Assembly (NCBI GenBank): GCA_945919375.1
Contig: CAMEJD010000005.1
Span: 19,304 to 83,303, forward strand
DNA: 64,000 nucleotides
From: an uncultured Clostridia bacterium
GTDB taxonomy: Bacteria; Bacillota; Clostridia; Christensenellales; UBA1242
Direction of reading: 5' to 3'
Shown here: one piece after another, positions 40,063 to 48,340 of the stretch
Layout of the letters: every line of letters starts with the position of its first letter
How positions within the stretch are numbered: position 1 is the first letter of the stretch
Notes under the pieces: model-generated
Database searches by the model: none
What the model saw: the letters and a program-made list of their open reading frames with translations, nothing else
Told to the model about the DNA's origin: nothing
Translations under genes and position numbers: made by a program

Positions 40063-40869
40063 CTAGTTTGATTTGTTAATTATTTTTTCAAAAGGTCCAA
40101 CAATCATATTTTCACTTATTCTACTTTGTTCAATATACGAACATTTTACAACACATTTGTCCGAAATTACGCTATCTTTGATTATGCTATTTGGTTCAAT
40201 TGTACAATTTTTGCCAATATATGTTTGACCAATAAGCGTTGTGTTATGCTCAATTTTTGCACCATTTTCAATAACAACTTCCGCATCTATAAATGTGCTT
40301 TGTTTGTCTTCTATGTTTACACCATTTTGAATGTGATAGTCAAGTATTCTATTTTTTAAAATATGTTTTGCTTCATATAATGTTTCATTTGAATTTACTT
40401 CAAAAAAGTCATACTTTGACCCAAAATTTGTTATGTTTGTACTAATCAAACTTTCTGTGTTTTTAATATATTCAGTATTAAAAACATAACCTTTGGGCAA
40501 ATTAAGAACATTAACATCTTTTGCTCTTGCATAACTCAAAATATCTTGAAGTGTTGCACCACTAATAAGTGGAGTGTCACTATACAAAACAATTGTCCAT
40601 TTTTGATTGCCAAGATATGGCTTTATGAGAGTCAAAATTTCACTTTCTTCTGTGCAAACTGTTGTTTTTATATTTGTATTTGGGCATGCAAGTGCCACCC
40701 ATTCCCACATCTTTTTGCCATAGAGAGGTATGTCATAAGGTGTTCTTGATACACTAAAATTAAAGTTTTTGTTAAGCAAAATAATAACCGAAACATCATT
40801 GTCTTTTGTTTCAGTCAAAGTGCTTGCATCGTTTTTTACAATCATTTCATTATCAAATAAAGTTTCCAT
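40063..40869 (-). CDS. Short GlmU-like protein: a nucleotidyltransferase-fold N-domain with a degenerate G-loop plus a truncated left-handed beta-helix.
   Basis: It sits where glmU lies in the glmU-prs-pth-mfd arrangement. LYSDTPLISGATL resembles GlmU YGDVPLI. Hexapeptide repeats are present at the C-terminus. The expected LAAGKGTRM site reads LLNKNFNFS, and the protein is 268 aa versus about 455. Confidence 0.5.
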   Translation of the reverse strand: METLFDNEMIVKNDASTLTETKDNDVSVIILLNKNFNFSVSRTPYDIPLYGKKMWEWVALACPNTNIKTTVCTEESEILTLIKPYLGNQKWTIVLYSDTPLISGATLQDILSYARAKDVNVLNLPKGYVFNTEYIKNTESLISTNITNFGSKYDFFEVNSNETLYEAKHILKNRILDYHIQNGVNIEDKQSTFIDAEVVIENGAKIEHNTTLIGQTYIGKNCTIEPNSIIKDSVISDKCVVKCSYIEQSRISENMIVGPFEKIINKSN

Positions 40870-40960
40870 ATTTATAGTTTAATTTTAAAGCCTAATTTTG
40901 TCAACCATATTTGAGTCCGCAACATTATTTTTTATGCCAAAATCCATATAATATAATTAT

Positions 40961-40993
40961 ACAAAAAGGCAAATCAATTTTTTGATTTGCCTT
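40961..40993 (-). terminator. Intrinsic terminator after the M1 peptidase gene.
   Basis: AAGGCAAATCA-n6-TGATTTGCCTT followed by UUUGU on the reverse strand. Confidence 0.55.
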
Positions 40994-41013
40994 AACATAA
41001 ACTTTAAAACTTA

Positions 41014-42492
41014 TCACATTCCAACAATTACAACTTTTCCGTCAAGCCAAGACCTAAATAAATTTTCAAGGTCACGCCCTGTCCCTTTTGAAAAACAATT
41101 TATTAAAATTTGTTCATTTACAATTTCATATGCGTTTGAGTTGTAATAATACTTTAGTGCATTAACAAACTTTTTTTCGCCAACAACATTGTATATGCTT
41201 GCAAACATAAGCATACCCTTTACATAGGTGTTATAAACATATTCTGGTTCGGTTTTAAAGGCATCAAGTGGCCTGTTGATACTTGTGTCAACACTTCCCA
41301 AAACATCTTTATATACTTTCATAAATGTTGTGTATGAATTTGTTGAAGCCTTTACCATTCTATCCATTGTTTTGTTAAACTCCGGATGTTTTTCGTAAAA
41401 ATATATGGTACAAAATTCGGTAAGCCCTTCATCAATCCAACCTTCATTAAATTCATTGTTTCCAACAACCCCATACCACCATTGATGTAATAATTCATGA
41501 ATAATTACCATTTGATAAGTATCATAACTATCTAATGAGTCCGAAATAAGCACAAGATTTGGATATTCCATTCCACCATGAACAAAATTTGTTTCAGCAA
41601 CACTTATTTGAGAATACGGATATTCTCCAACTTTTTCTTCAAAAAACCTTAACACTTCATTTATTAAATCCATAGTCTTTTCCGGCGTTGGGTCCGTATA
41701 ATAAAAATAATTGATACTTATCTTTTTATTGTATGTTGAACTTTTTGTTTCAAACTTATTTGAAAGAACAATTGCAAAATCTCTCACGCATTTTGCTTGT
41801 ACACTTACTTTGTTAGATTCATTTTCTTTTGTTTCGTTGACCTTTGTTCCGCTTGTTGCAATTATAAAGTCACTAGGATATTTTATGTTGACATTATAAT
41901 TGGCAACTTCACTATAAAATGGGTCGCCATTTGAGTTATATAATTTTGTCACAAAATCATCGTTTTCATAAACACAAGCAATTGGATAAAAGTTGCAAAC
42001 ATTAACTGCATTGTTGCCATAACCAAAACGATGGTTTATGTTTGGCAATTTGACATAAAAATTTAAACTTATTTGAACTTTGTCGTTTGGATATAAGTCA
42101 TCATCCAAACTTACATTTAAAATGTTTTCATCCTCGCCACAAATCTCAAAGTTTGAATTTTCATTTTCTACCTTAACATTGTCAACGCTGATGTTTCCAT
42201 AACTTTTGCCATTTGGATATGCTTTTGTTTCGTTGGATTTTGACACAACACTTGCCTTTGCATTCTCTCTAAATGCATTTGGATACAAATGAAATTTAAC
42301 ATTTTTTAAAACATTTTTTGATGAATTTACATAGGATATGATTTCGCTTCCCGAAAGTGATTTTTCATCATCGTTATATTCAACATCCAAATTGTAAGTT
42401 GTAAGATTTTGTTTGTAGTCAAAATTACCCGAGCAAGCAAAAAGCAAAAAAACACAACACAAAAGAAAAGCATAGCAAAGAAATTTTTTCAT
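41014..42492 (-). CDS. M1-family zinc metallopeptidase (aminopeptidase N-like), probably a lipoprotein.
   Basis: HELLH-X18-E (HELLHQWWYGVVGNNEFNEGWIDE) is present. N-terminus is MKKFLCYAFLLCCVFLLFAC. Confidence 0.85.
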   Translation of the reverse strand: MKKFLCYAFLLCCVFLLFACSGNFDYKQNLTTYNLDVEYNDDEKSLSGSEIISYVNSSKNVLKNVKFHLYPNAFRENAKASVVSKSNETKAYPNGKSYGNISVDNVKVENENSNFEICGEDENILNVSLDDDLYPNDKVQISLNFYVKLPNINHRFGYGNNAVNVCNFYPIACVYENDDFVTKLYNSNGDPFYSEVANYNVNIKYPSDFIIATSGTKVNETKENESNKVSVQAKCVRDFAIVLSNKFETKSSTYNKKISINYFYYTDPTPEKTMDLINEVLRFFEEKVGEYPYSQISVAETNFVHGGMEYPNLVLISDSLDSYDTYQMVIIHELLHQWWYGVVGNNEFNEGWIDEGLTEFCTIYFYEKHPEFNKTMDRMVKASTNSYTTFMKVYKDVLGSVDTSINRPLDAFKTEPEYVYNTYVKGMLMFASIYNVVGEKKFVNALKYYYNSNAYEIVNEQILINCFSKGTGRDLENLFRSWLDGKVVIVGM

Positions 42493-42546
42493 AATTACTC
42501 CCCACTTTTATTCCTATTCAGCAATTTTAATATTTATGTTTATTGG

Positions 42547-42575
42547 TTGAAAAAACTTTTGCTTTGTGATACAAT
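42547..42575 (+). promoter_or_regulatory. Sigma-A-type promoter: TTGAAA-N17-(TGa)TACAAT.
   Basis: The -35 is at 42547-42552 and the extended -10 TGaTACAAT ends at 42575. It is followed by AAGGAAAAG and the ATG at 42595. Confidence 0.45.
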
Positions 42576-42594
42576 TTTTGCAAAAGGAAAAGTT

Positions 42595-44052
42595 ATGGCA
42601 TTTTGTAGTTATTCAACACAACTTGTTGTTGAAAATAAAACAGCAATTGATAATCTATTTATTTCATCATATATGCCTTATGCAACTGGTGAATGTGTTA
42701 AAGTCTATTTGTATGGGCTCCTTCTTTGTAATGATTCATTGGAATCAAGAAATACCTTGGAAGAATTTTCAAAGGCACTTAATTTGTCAGAACAAGATAT
42801 TGAAAGTGCATTTTTATATTGGAAAGAGCAAGGCCTTGTTCAAATTTTGGACACAATTCCAAAACAAGTAAAATATTTACCAGTAAAAAATGCAAGCATA
42901 AAACTTTCAAAACTCAAAGAGGACAAATATTTGTCTTTCAACCTTCAAGCACAAGAAATCATAACCGAAAGAATGATTATGCCAAATGAATACTATGAAT
43001 ATTATGTCACTATGGAAAGTTTGCATATTGAACAAACTGCAATGCTTATGATAATGAAGTACTGCACAGACCTTAAAGGTGGAAATGTGGGGTATCCTTA
43101 CATTTTGACGGTTGCCAAAAATTGGGCAAAAGAAGGTTATACTACAGCCGAAAAAATCAACGAGAAGCTTATTGATTATGAAAAAACAAACGAAGAACTT
43201 TCACTAATCTTAAAAGCAATGCAAATAAAACGCAAACTTGACCCAACCGAAAGAGATTTATATGCAAAATGGCAAAATATGGGTTTTGACTCTGGTACAA
43301 TTATTTTTGTGATAAAACAACAGAAAAAACTCAAAAAATCAATAAATTTTGCATATTTGGATGTTTTACTTGAAAAATACTATTCAATGAAACTATTTAC
43401 TTCTCTTGAAATAGACGAATATGAAGAACAAAAACAACAACTTTTTGGACTTGCAAAAACAATTTGCAAAAATCTTGGACTTTATTATGAAAATGTTGAA
43501 CCTGTTGTTGATACATACATTGTAAATTGGAAAAATCTTGGTTATGATGATGAAACTTTGGAAACAATCAGCAATTATTGTTTTAAATCAAGCATAAGAA
43601 CACTTGAATATATGAATGTTCAAATACAAAAATTTTACAAACTTGGGATTGTAAGTGTTGAAAGTTTGAATGAATATTTGAATCAAATTATAATGCAAGA
43701 TGATGAAATAAAACAGATAATAGAAAAACTTGGGCAAACAAGGAATGTGAACAACTTTGATAGAGAATGCTATGATAATTGGAAAAATAATTGGCAAATG
43801 CCAACTGAACTTATTTATTTTGCAACAACATATGCAAATGGAAAACCACAGCCAATGAAATACATGAACAAAATTTTATCATCTTGGCATACAAAAAACA
43901 TCACAAGCATTGAAGATGCAAAAAAATGTGGTGACATTCAAGAAACTTCAAAACCAACACAAAAGCAAACACAAAAAGATTACAAAGAAAGAGCATACAC
44001 AAAAGAAGAAATTTCATCTTTATTTACAAGTTTGGAAGAAATTGATATTTAG
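42595..44052 (+). CDS. DnaD-domain replication initiation / membrane attachment protein (B. subtilis DnaB-like).
   Basis: It is followed by dnaI, as in the dnaB-dnaI operon, and has a repeated DnaD-like C-terminal region. The start is moved from 42409 to the ATG at 42595 because the tracked extension overlaps the divergent peptidase gene and the promoter. Confidence 0.65.
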   Translation: MAFCSYSTQLVVENKTAIDNLFISSYMPYATGECVKVYLYGLLLCNDSLESRNTLEEFSKALNLSEQDIESAFLYWKEQGLVQILDTIPKQVKYLPVKNASIKLSKLKEDKYLSFNLQAQEIITERMIMPNEYYEYYVTMESLHIEQTAMLMIMKYCTDLKGGNVGYPYILTVAKNWAKEGYTTAEKINEKLIDYEKTNEELSLILKAMQIKRKLDPTERDLYAKWQNMGFDSGTIIFVIKQQKKLKKSINFAYLDVLLEKYYSMKLFTSLEIDEYEEQKQQLFGLAKTICKNLGLYYENVEPVVDTYIVNWKNLGYDDETLETISNYCFKSSIRTLEYMNVQIQKFYKLGIVSVESLNEYLNQIIMQDDEIKQIIEKLGQTRNVNNFDRECYDNWKNNWQMPTELIYFATTYANGKPQPMKYMNKILSSWHTKNITSIEDAKKCGDIQETSKPTQKQTQKDYKERAYTKEEISSLFTSLEEIDI

Positions 44053-44060
44053 GAGCAAAA

Positions 44061-44978
44061 ATGATAAATAAAAGCATACTAAAAAAAGCATTATCAATAA
44101 TCGAACAAAGACACAAGCAGTCGGAAAATTTTGCATATTCAAATCTAAAAAGAGCAATGTCTTTTGATGATTTTAAACAAAATTACACAAAACTTAAAGA
44201 AATTGAGTTTGAAAACGCAAAAAATGAAGTGTACGGCAACAACAAAAATATTGATACAAAAAAATTAGAAAACGAACAAGAAAAAATACTTTTGACACAT
44301 AACATTAACCCACTTTCACTTATTCCCCACTACACTTGCACAAAATGTGATGACACTGGTTTTGTTAATGGTGAGATGTGTATTTGTCTAAAACATGAGA
44401 TAAACAACATATTATCAGAAGAAAGTGGATTTAATCACAAACTCATGTCCTTTGATGATGCCGACCTAAAAATATTTGACAACTGCGACGAAATGAAAAT
44501 ATTGTATAATACAATGAAAAAATGGTGTAATGAAGATTCAAAATATCAAATTATACTATTATGCGGGCAGACTGGTGTTGGAAAAACATACCTAATGGAA
44601 TGTATGGCAAATGAGTTAATACAAAAAGAAAATATCGTTTATTTTGCATCAGCATTTAATGTTAATCAAAATTTGCTAAAATATCACACAACTTTTGATA
44701 ATACAAAATACGACAGTCTTAACACTTTGCTTGACCCAGATTATTTGTTTATTGACGACCTTGGAACTGAACCAATACTCAAGAATGTTACAATTGAAGG
44801 AATATATAATATTATTGCCGATAGACTTGAACACAACAAAAAAACAATTATATCAACAAATCTTGATTTGGAGAATATTGAACAACGATATGGCGAAAGA
44901 ATTTTCTCAAGACTTGTAAACAAGCGCACTTCCCTATGTTTTTATGTTGAAAACAGTGATTTAAGATTAAAAAAATAA
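44061..44978 (+). CDS. dnaI: Helicase loader, DnaI/DnaC-type AAA+ ATPase.
   Basis: Motifs are GQTGVGKTYL (Walker A), LFIDDLGTE (Walker B) and an N-terminal Cys cluster CTKCDDTGF..MCIC. AGGAG is the RBS. Confidence 0.8.
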   Translation: MINKSILKKALSIIEQRHKQSENFAYSNLKRAMSFDDFKQNYTKLKEIEFENAKNEVYGNNKNIDTKKLENEQEKILLTHNINPLSLIPHYTCTKCDDTGFVNGEMCICLKHEINNILSEESGFNHKLMSFDDADLKIFDNCDEMKILYNTMKKWCNEDSKYQIILLCGQTGVGKTYLMECMANELIQKENIVYFASAFNVNQNLLKYHTTFDNTKYDSLNTLLDPDYLFIDDLGTEPILKNVTIEGIYNIIADRLEHNKKTIISTNLDLENIEQRYGERIFSRLVNKRTSLCFYVENSDLRLKK

Positions 44979-44999
44979 CCACACTTGTGGTTATTTTTT
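44969..44999. terminator. Bidirectional hairpin terminator between dnaI and feoA-like.
   Basis: ATAACCAC-actt-GTGGTTAT is flanked by an A-tract and a T-tract. Confidence 0.55.
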
Positions 45000-45005
45000 A
45001 TTCTT

Positions 45006-45278
45006 TTATCTTTCAACAATATCATCTTCTTTGATATATTCTTTAACATAAATGTTATTGCAGATATATCTATCAAGTGCAAGTCTTGAATCATTTATCT
45101 TTACAATCATTCCTTGTCTGTTCATTGATTCAACAGAGATAATCGCTCCAGATATAAAACCAATATCGTGCAAATGCGCCTTCACTTTTGCATCTTGCAT
45201 TGTTAATCTTTCAATAACATAACTTTCTCCATTTTTTCCATATTCAAGTGGAAATATTGGTAAATGACTAATTTCCAT
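45006..45278 (-). CDS. FeoA-domain (SH3-like) protein.
   Basis: 90 aa with ..ESYVIERLTMQD..HLHDIGFISGAIISVES.. No feoB is in the window. Confidence 0.6.
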   Translation of the reverse strand: MEISHLPIFPLEYGKNGESYVIERLTMQDAKVKAHLHDIGFISGAIISVESMNRQGMIVKINDSRLALDRYICNNIYVKEYIKEDDIVER

Positions 45279-45290
45279 AATTATTCTCCT

Positions 45291-45887
45291 TTATTCTATT
45301 ACTTCTTCGTCCAAATATGTTGCCATATTATCAGCAATGTGTGTTAAAAATGCCAAAGGATATTTGTAGTAAATATTAGACAAACTTTGTCCGGCTTTTG
45401 CTCTTAAATCATACTCGCCCATATGCCAATTTATGCACATTGCTTCTTCTCTTGTAAGTCTTACAAAACTATTTAAAATATACACAGATTTTTCTCCATG
45501 TCCAAATGGTAAATTGTCTTGACTTACATAGTATGGTTTTTGAACCCAAACTCCATTTTCTTTTATATTTCTCATAGAAACTGCATAAGTGTCAACCTTG
45601 CAAATATCATGGAAAAGTCCAATAAGAACAGCACTTTCCATACTACATTTCTCTTGCCATGAATCGCCATATTCATTTTGCAATAACTTAATAAGTCTTG
45701 CATATACATTTAGACTATGTTGACAAAGTCCGCCTTCATAATCCGAATGAAACTTTGTTGATGCAGGATCATGAAAGAAATTTGTTTTGCCAAGCCAATC
45801 AAGTAGACTATCAACACCTTCTCTATGGACATTTTCTTTGACCAAATTTATAAACATTTGCTTGTTTTGTTCAATCATATTTTCCAT
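45291..45887 (-). CDS. HD-domain phosphohydrolase.
   Basis: H..HD signature (..CQHSLNV.., ..GLFHDICK..) is present. 198 aa. Confidence 0.75.
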   Translation of the reverse strand: MENMIEQNKQMFINLVKENVHREGVDSLLDWLGKTNFFHDPASTKFHSDYEGGLCQHSLNVYARLIKLLQNEYGDSWQEKCSMESAVLIGLFHDICKVDTYAVSMRNIKENGVWVQKPYYVSQDNLPFGHGEKSVYILNSFVRLTREEAMCINWHMGEYDLRAKAGQSLSNIYYKYPLAFLTHIADNMATYLDEEVIE

Positions 45888-46119
45888 ACTCTTATTTTAG
45901 CACACAACTTTTGTTAATGCAAGTGTGCAGACTGACAAAACACAAAAAATAATCATAAAAATAGGTATGAACAGTTTAACTGGCGAGCAAATAATAATTT
46001 TGGCAAACTTATTTGTTATAGAAATATCAAAAGGCTCAAATAAAAAAGAACTCATAACCGCCAAGAATTTCTTTCAAGCAGTTGTGAGCAACCTTAACAT
46101 AATTATTCAAGACAAATAA

Positions 46120-46329
46120 TCAGCCTTTTTGTTCTCTGTTTGTTTCATTAAGTTTTTCAAGCACAAAATCAAGGTCAACCCCATGCACTTGACATGCTTC
46201 TTCCAACGTTTCCATTTGACTTAACGGACAGGAAAAACAATGCATCCCAAACCCCATTAAAACATCTGCCAAATCATCATTTTCTTCGATTACATCGCCA
46301 AGAGTCCAATCTTTTGTTATTATTTCCAT
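46120..46329 (-). CDS. DUF1858 / hybrid-cluster-protein-associated redox disulfide domain protein.
   Basis: 69 aa with ..GMHCFSCPLSQMETLEEAC..HG.., typical of this small family as I recall it. Confidence 0.7.
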   Translation of the reverse strand: MEIITKDWTLGDVIEENDDLADVLMGFGMHCFSCPLSQMETLEEACQVHGVDLDFVLEKLNETNREQKG

Positions 46330-46343
46330 TTTTATTTTATCTC

Positions 46344-47486
46344 CTATTTTAACTTATTTTCACAAATGTCACAATATATTGCATTCGGTTGATTGATGTA
46401 ACCACAATGCAAACATTTTATTCCAGAAATTGTTGTTTTTTCTTCTTCCTTATATATTTTATCCAAATCTAAATCTACATATTCATCTTGATTCTTTACA
46501 TCATTTTGTTGAGCATTTTTATCTTCGGTTATCATTGTTGCATTACCACAAGTTATATTTTCAGTTGCCTGCTCACTTTCTTCCACCTTTTCATTTTCTT
46601 GCTTTTGTTCTTCAATATCATCTGTTTTTTGAGTTTTTGTTGCAATTTCCTTTGTTTTTTGCTTTATTTGGTAATTTTCATCTTCAAACTTTATCGTGCC
46701 AAAAGGAACATATTCGTCTTGCAAAGTTTTATCCTTTTCTTCTTGTTCTTCATTTGCATTTTTTTCTTTTGCAAGACTTAACTTTTCTTCATATTTTTTT
46801 TGATATTTTTTTGGCAAAATATACTTTATATTATTAACCTCCAACAAAACTATCCCAATTTTTGAATATTTGTGACCAAGTTCAGTAAATATATTTTGCT
46901 CAATAATTGGATTTTGAGATATGAGTTCGCTTAAAGCAAAATTATACTTGTTTAGTATATTTATTATCATTTCACTTGTAAGATATTTTAAAATTTTTTC
47001 CGCTTCACCTTGCTTTATATAGTCATATTCATTTAAAAGTGTTTCCATAAATTTTGCGCAGTCATTCACTTTAAATTTTATACTTGCACAAAGTCCACAA
47101 GTAAAAATACCACTTGCACGATTACCTAGTTCGGCTTTATCATAAGTTTCAAGGTTGAATGAGTATTCACCCTTGTTTACAAAATAGGCTTCTGCTTTAA
47201 AAGATTTTTTGTATTTCCCATTCTTTCCTTGTCTATTCAATTTTAGCCTACTGCAACACCTTGGCAAATTGGCAGGAGTTAGTTCATAAATTCCCTCATT
47301 AAAGCAATCTAGTACCTTTCCATTTTTTCCCAAAACAAAACAATGATTTTCTGGAACGGTAACTTTGCTTTGAGTGCTAATTTGGTGCCCTTTTGTTTTG
47401 TATGGAAAAACCAAGTCCAAAAGGTCATTATCTTTTGGGCAGATATCTTTTGAAAACATCTTTTTTAATCCTGAAAATATTCCCAT
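46344..47486 (-). CDS. YdjI-like SPFH-domain protein with an acidic linker and a C-terminal zinc ribbon.
   Basis: N-terminal MGIFSGLKK.. and ..AEAYFVNKGEYSF.. resemble COG4260/YdjI. The C-terminal motif is CLHCGY..CDIC. Confidence 0.5.
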   Translation of the reverse strand: MGIFSGLKKMFSKDICPKDNDLLDLVFPYKTKGHQISTQSKVTVPENHCFVLGKNGKVLDCFNEGIYELTPANLPRCCSRLKLNRQGKNGKYKKSFKAEAYFVNKGEYSFNLETYDKAELGNRASGIFTCGLCASIKFKVNDCAKFMETLLNEYDYIKQGEAEKILKYLTSEMIINILNKYNFALSELISQNPIIEQNIFTELGHKYSKIGIVLLEVNNIKYILPKKYQKKYEEKLSLAKEKNANEEQEEKDKTLQDEYVPFGTIKFEDENYQIKQKTKEIATKTQKTDDIEEQKQENEKVEESEQATENITCGNATMITEDKNAQQNDVKNQDEYVDLDLDKIYKEEEKTTISGIKCLHCGYINQPNAIYCDICENKLK

Positions 47487-47591
47487 AACTTTATGTTAGC
47501 ACATTTTTATCATTTATGCAAATAATCGAACAATGTTAAATTTGTATCATATTATGCAAAAACTCAAAATAAACATAATTATGGAGGATAT

Positions 47592-48293
47592 ATGAAACTA
47601 TCAAATATAATTGGAAAACAAGTGTTTTGTGTTTATGATGCAAATGTTCTTGGGACAATTCACGATGTTGCATTTGATGACAAATATACAAAAATACTTG
47701 GCATATACTTTTTTGACCAAGATGAAAACGAATACTTTTTGAAAAGCAAAAATATTTATGCCATAAGTGATTTTGTTACGATAAAAAATACATCATTACT
47801 ATCTCCCGAGATTATTTTGGACAAACCATTGTCCCCTCTTGGAAAATTGGTTGTAGACACATTGGGAGTTAATTTTGGAAACATTAGTGACATTGAATTT
47901 GACGACAAGTTTAAGGTAACAAATTTTGAAACAAACCAAGGCAAAAAAGTTGACCCAAAAACACTTATATTTATCTCAAATAATTTTGTACTTGGAAATA
48001 ATGTAAAAATTTCATCCTTTAGACCAAAAAAATCTTATACAAACAACAATATACTTAACAATTTGACTGTAACAATGATGAAAGTGCAAGAACCTTTGCA
48101 AGAAACAAAAAAACTTATGCCAACAAAAATAACTGTTAATAGTGATGTTTTGATAGGCAAAAGGCTATCAAAAGACATTATAGGGAAAAACAATGAACTA
48201 ATTTTAAAACAAAATCAAATTTTAACTTCAAAATTAGTACTTCTCGCAAAACAACACGACAAATTAAATGAGTTATTTTATAGTGTGTATTAG
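47592..48293 (+). CDS. PRC-barrel domain protein.
   Basis: The N-terminal pattern IIGKQVFCVYDANVLGTIHDVAFDD..ILGIYF is PRC-barrel-like. GGAGG is the RBS. Confidence 0.55.
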   Translation: MKLSNIIGKQVFCVYDANVLGTIHDVAFDDKYTKILGIYFFDQDENEYFLKSKNIYAISDFVTIKNTSLLSPEIILDKPLSPLGKLVVDTLGVNFGNISDIEFDDKFKVTNFETNQGKKVDPKTLIFISNNFVLGNNVKISSFRPKKSYTNNNILNNLTVTMMKVQEPLQETKKLMPTKITVNSDVLIGKRLSKDIIGKNNELILKQNQILTSKLVLLAKQHDKLNELFYSVY

Positions 48294-48298
48294 TATAT

Positions 48299-48331
48299 AA
48301 AAAAGCAAAGTTGGTTCAACTTTGCTTTTTG
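48299..48331. terminator. Bidirectional intrinsic terminator at the left edge of the T4SS-like block.
   Basis: GCAAAGTTG-gtt-CAACTTTGC is flanked by A6 and T5. Confidence 0.65.
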
Positions 48332-48340
48332 TTATTTATG

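Noticed and set aside
42409-42594. The tracked N-terminal extension (62 aa) of the DnaD-domain gene.
   Set aside because: It overlaps the 5' end of the divergent M1 peptidase gene and runs through a good promoter (TTGAAA-N17-TGaTACAAT). The ATG at 42595 has an AAGGA-type RBS.
45006-45278. The orphan FeoA-like gene, considered as evidence of an iron-transport locus.
   Set aside because: No feoB or other transporter is adjacent. FeoA/SH3-like domains occur as stand-alone proteins. It is kept as a plain feature only.
45925-46119. 64-aa + strand ORF (GTG start; internal ATG gives 51 aa) between the HD hydrolase and DUF1858 genes.
   Set aside because: It has no convincing RBS and no recognisable family. 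It may be a real small protein, but I cannot support that from sequence alone.
46430-46837. ORFs 46430-46837 and 46488-46781 (+).
   Set aside because: They are antisense to the E/K/Q-rich linker of the YdjI-like gene, and their L/F-rich translations are the mirror image of that low-complexity region.
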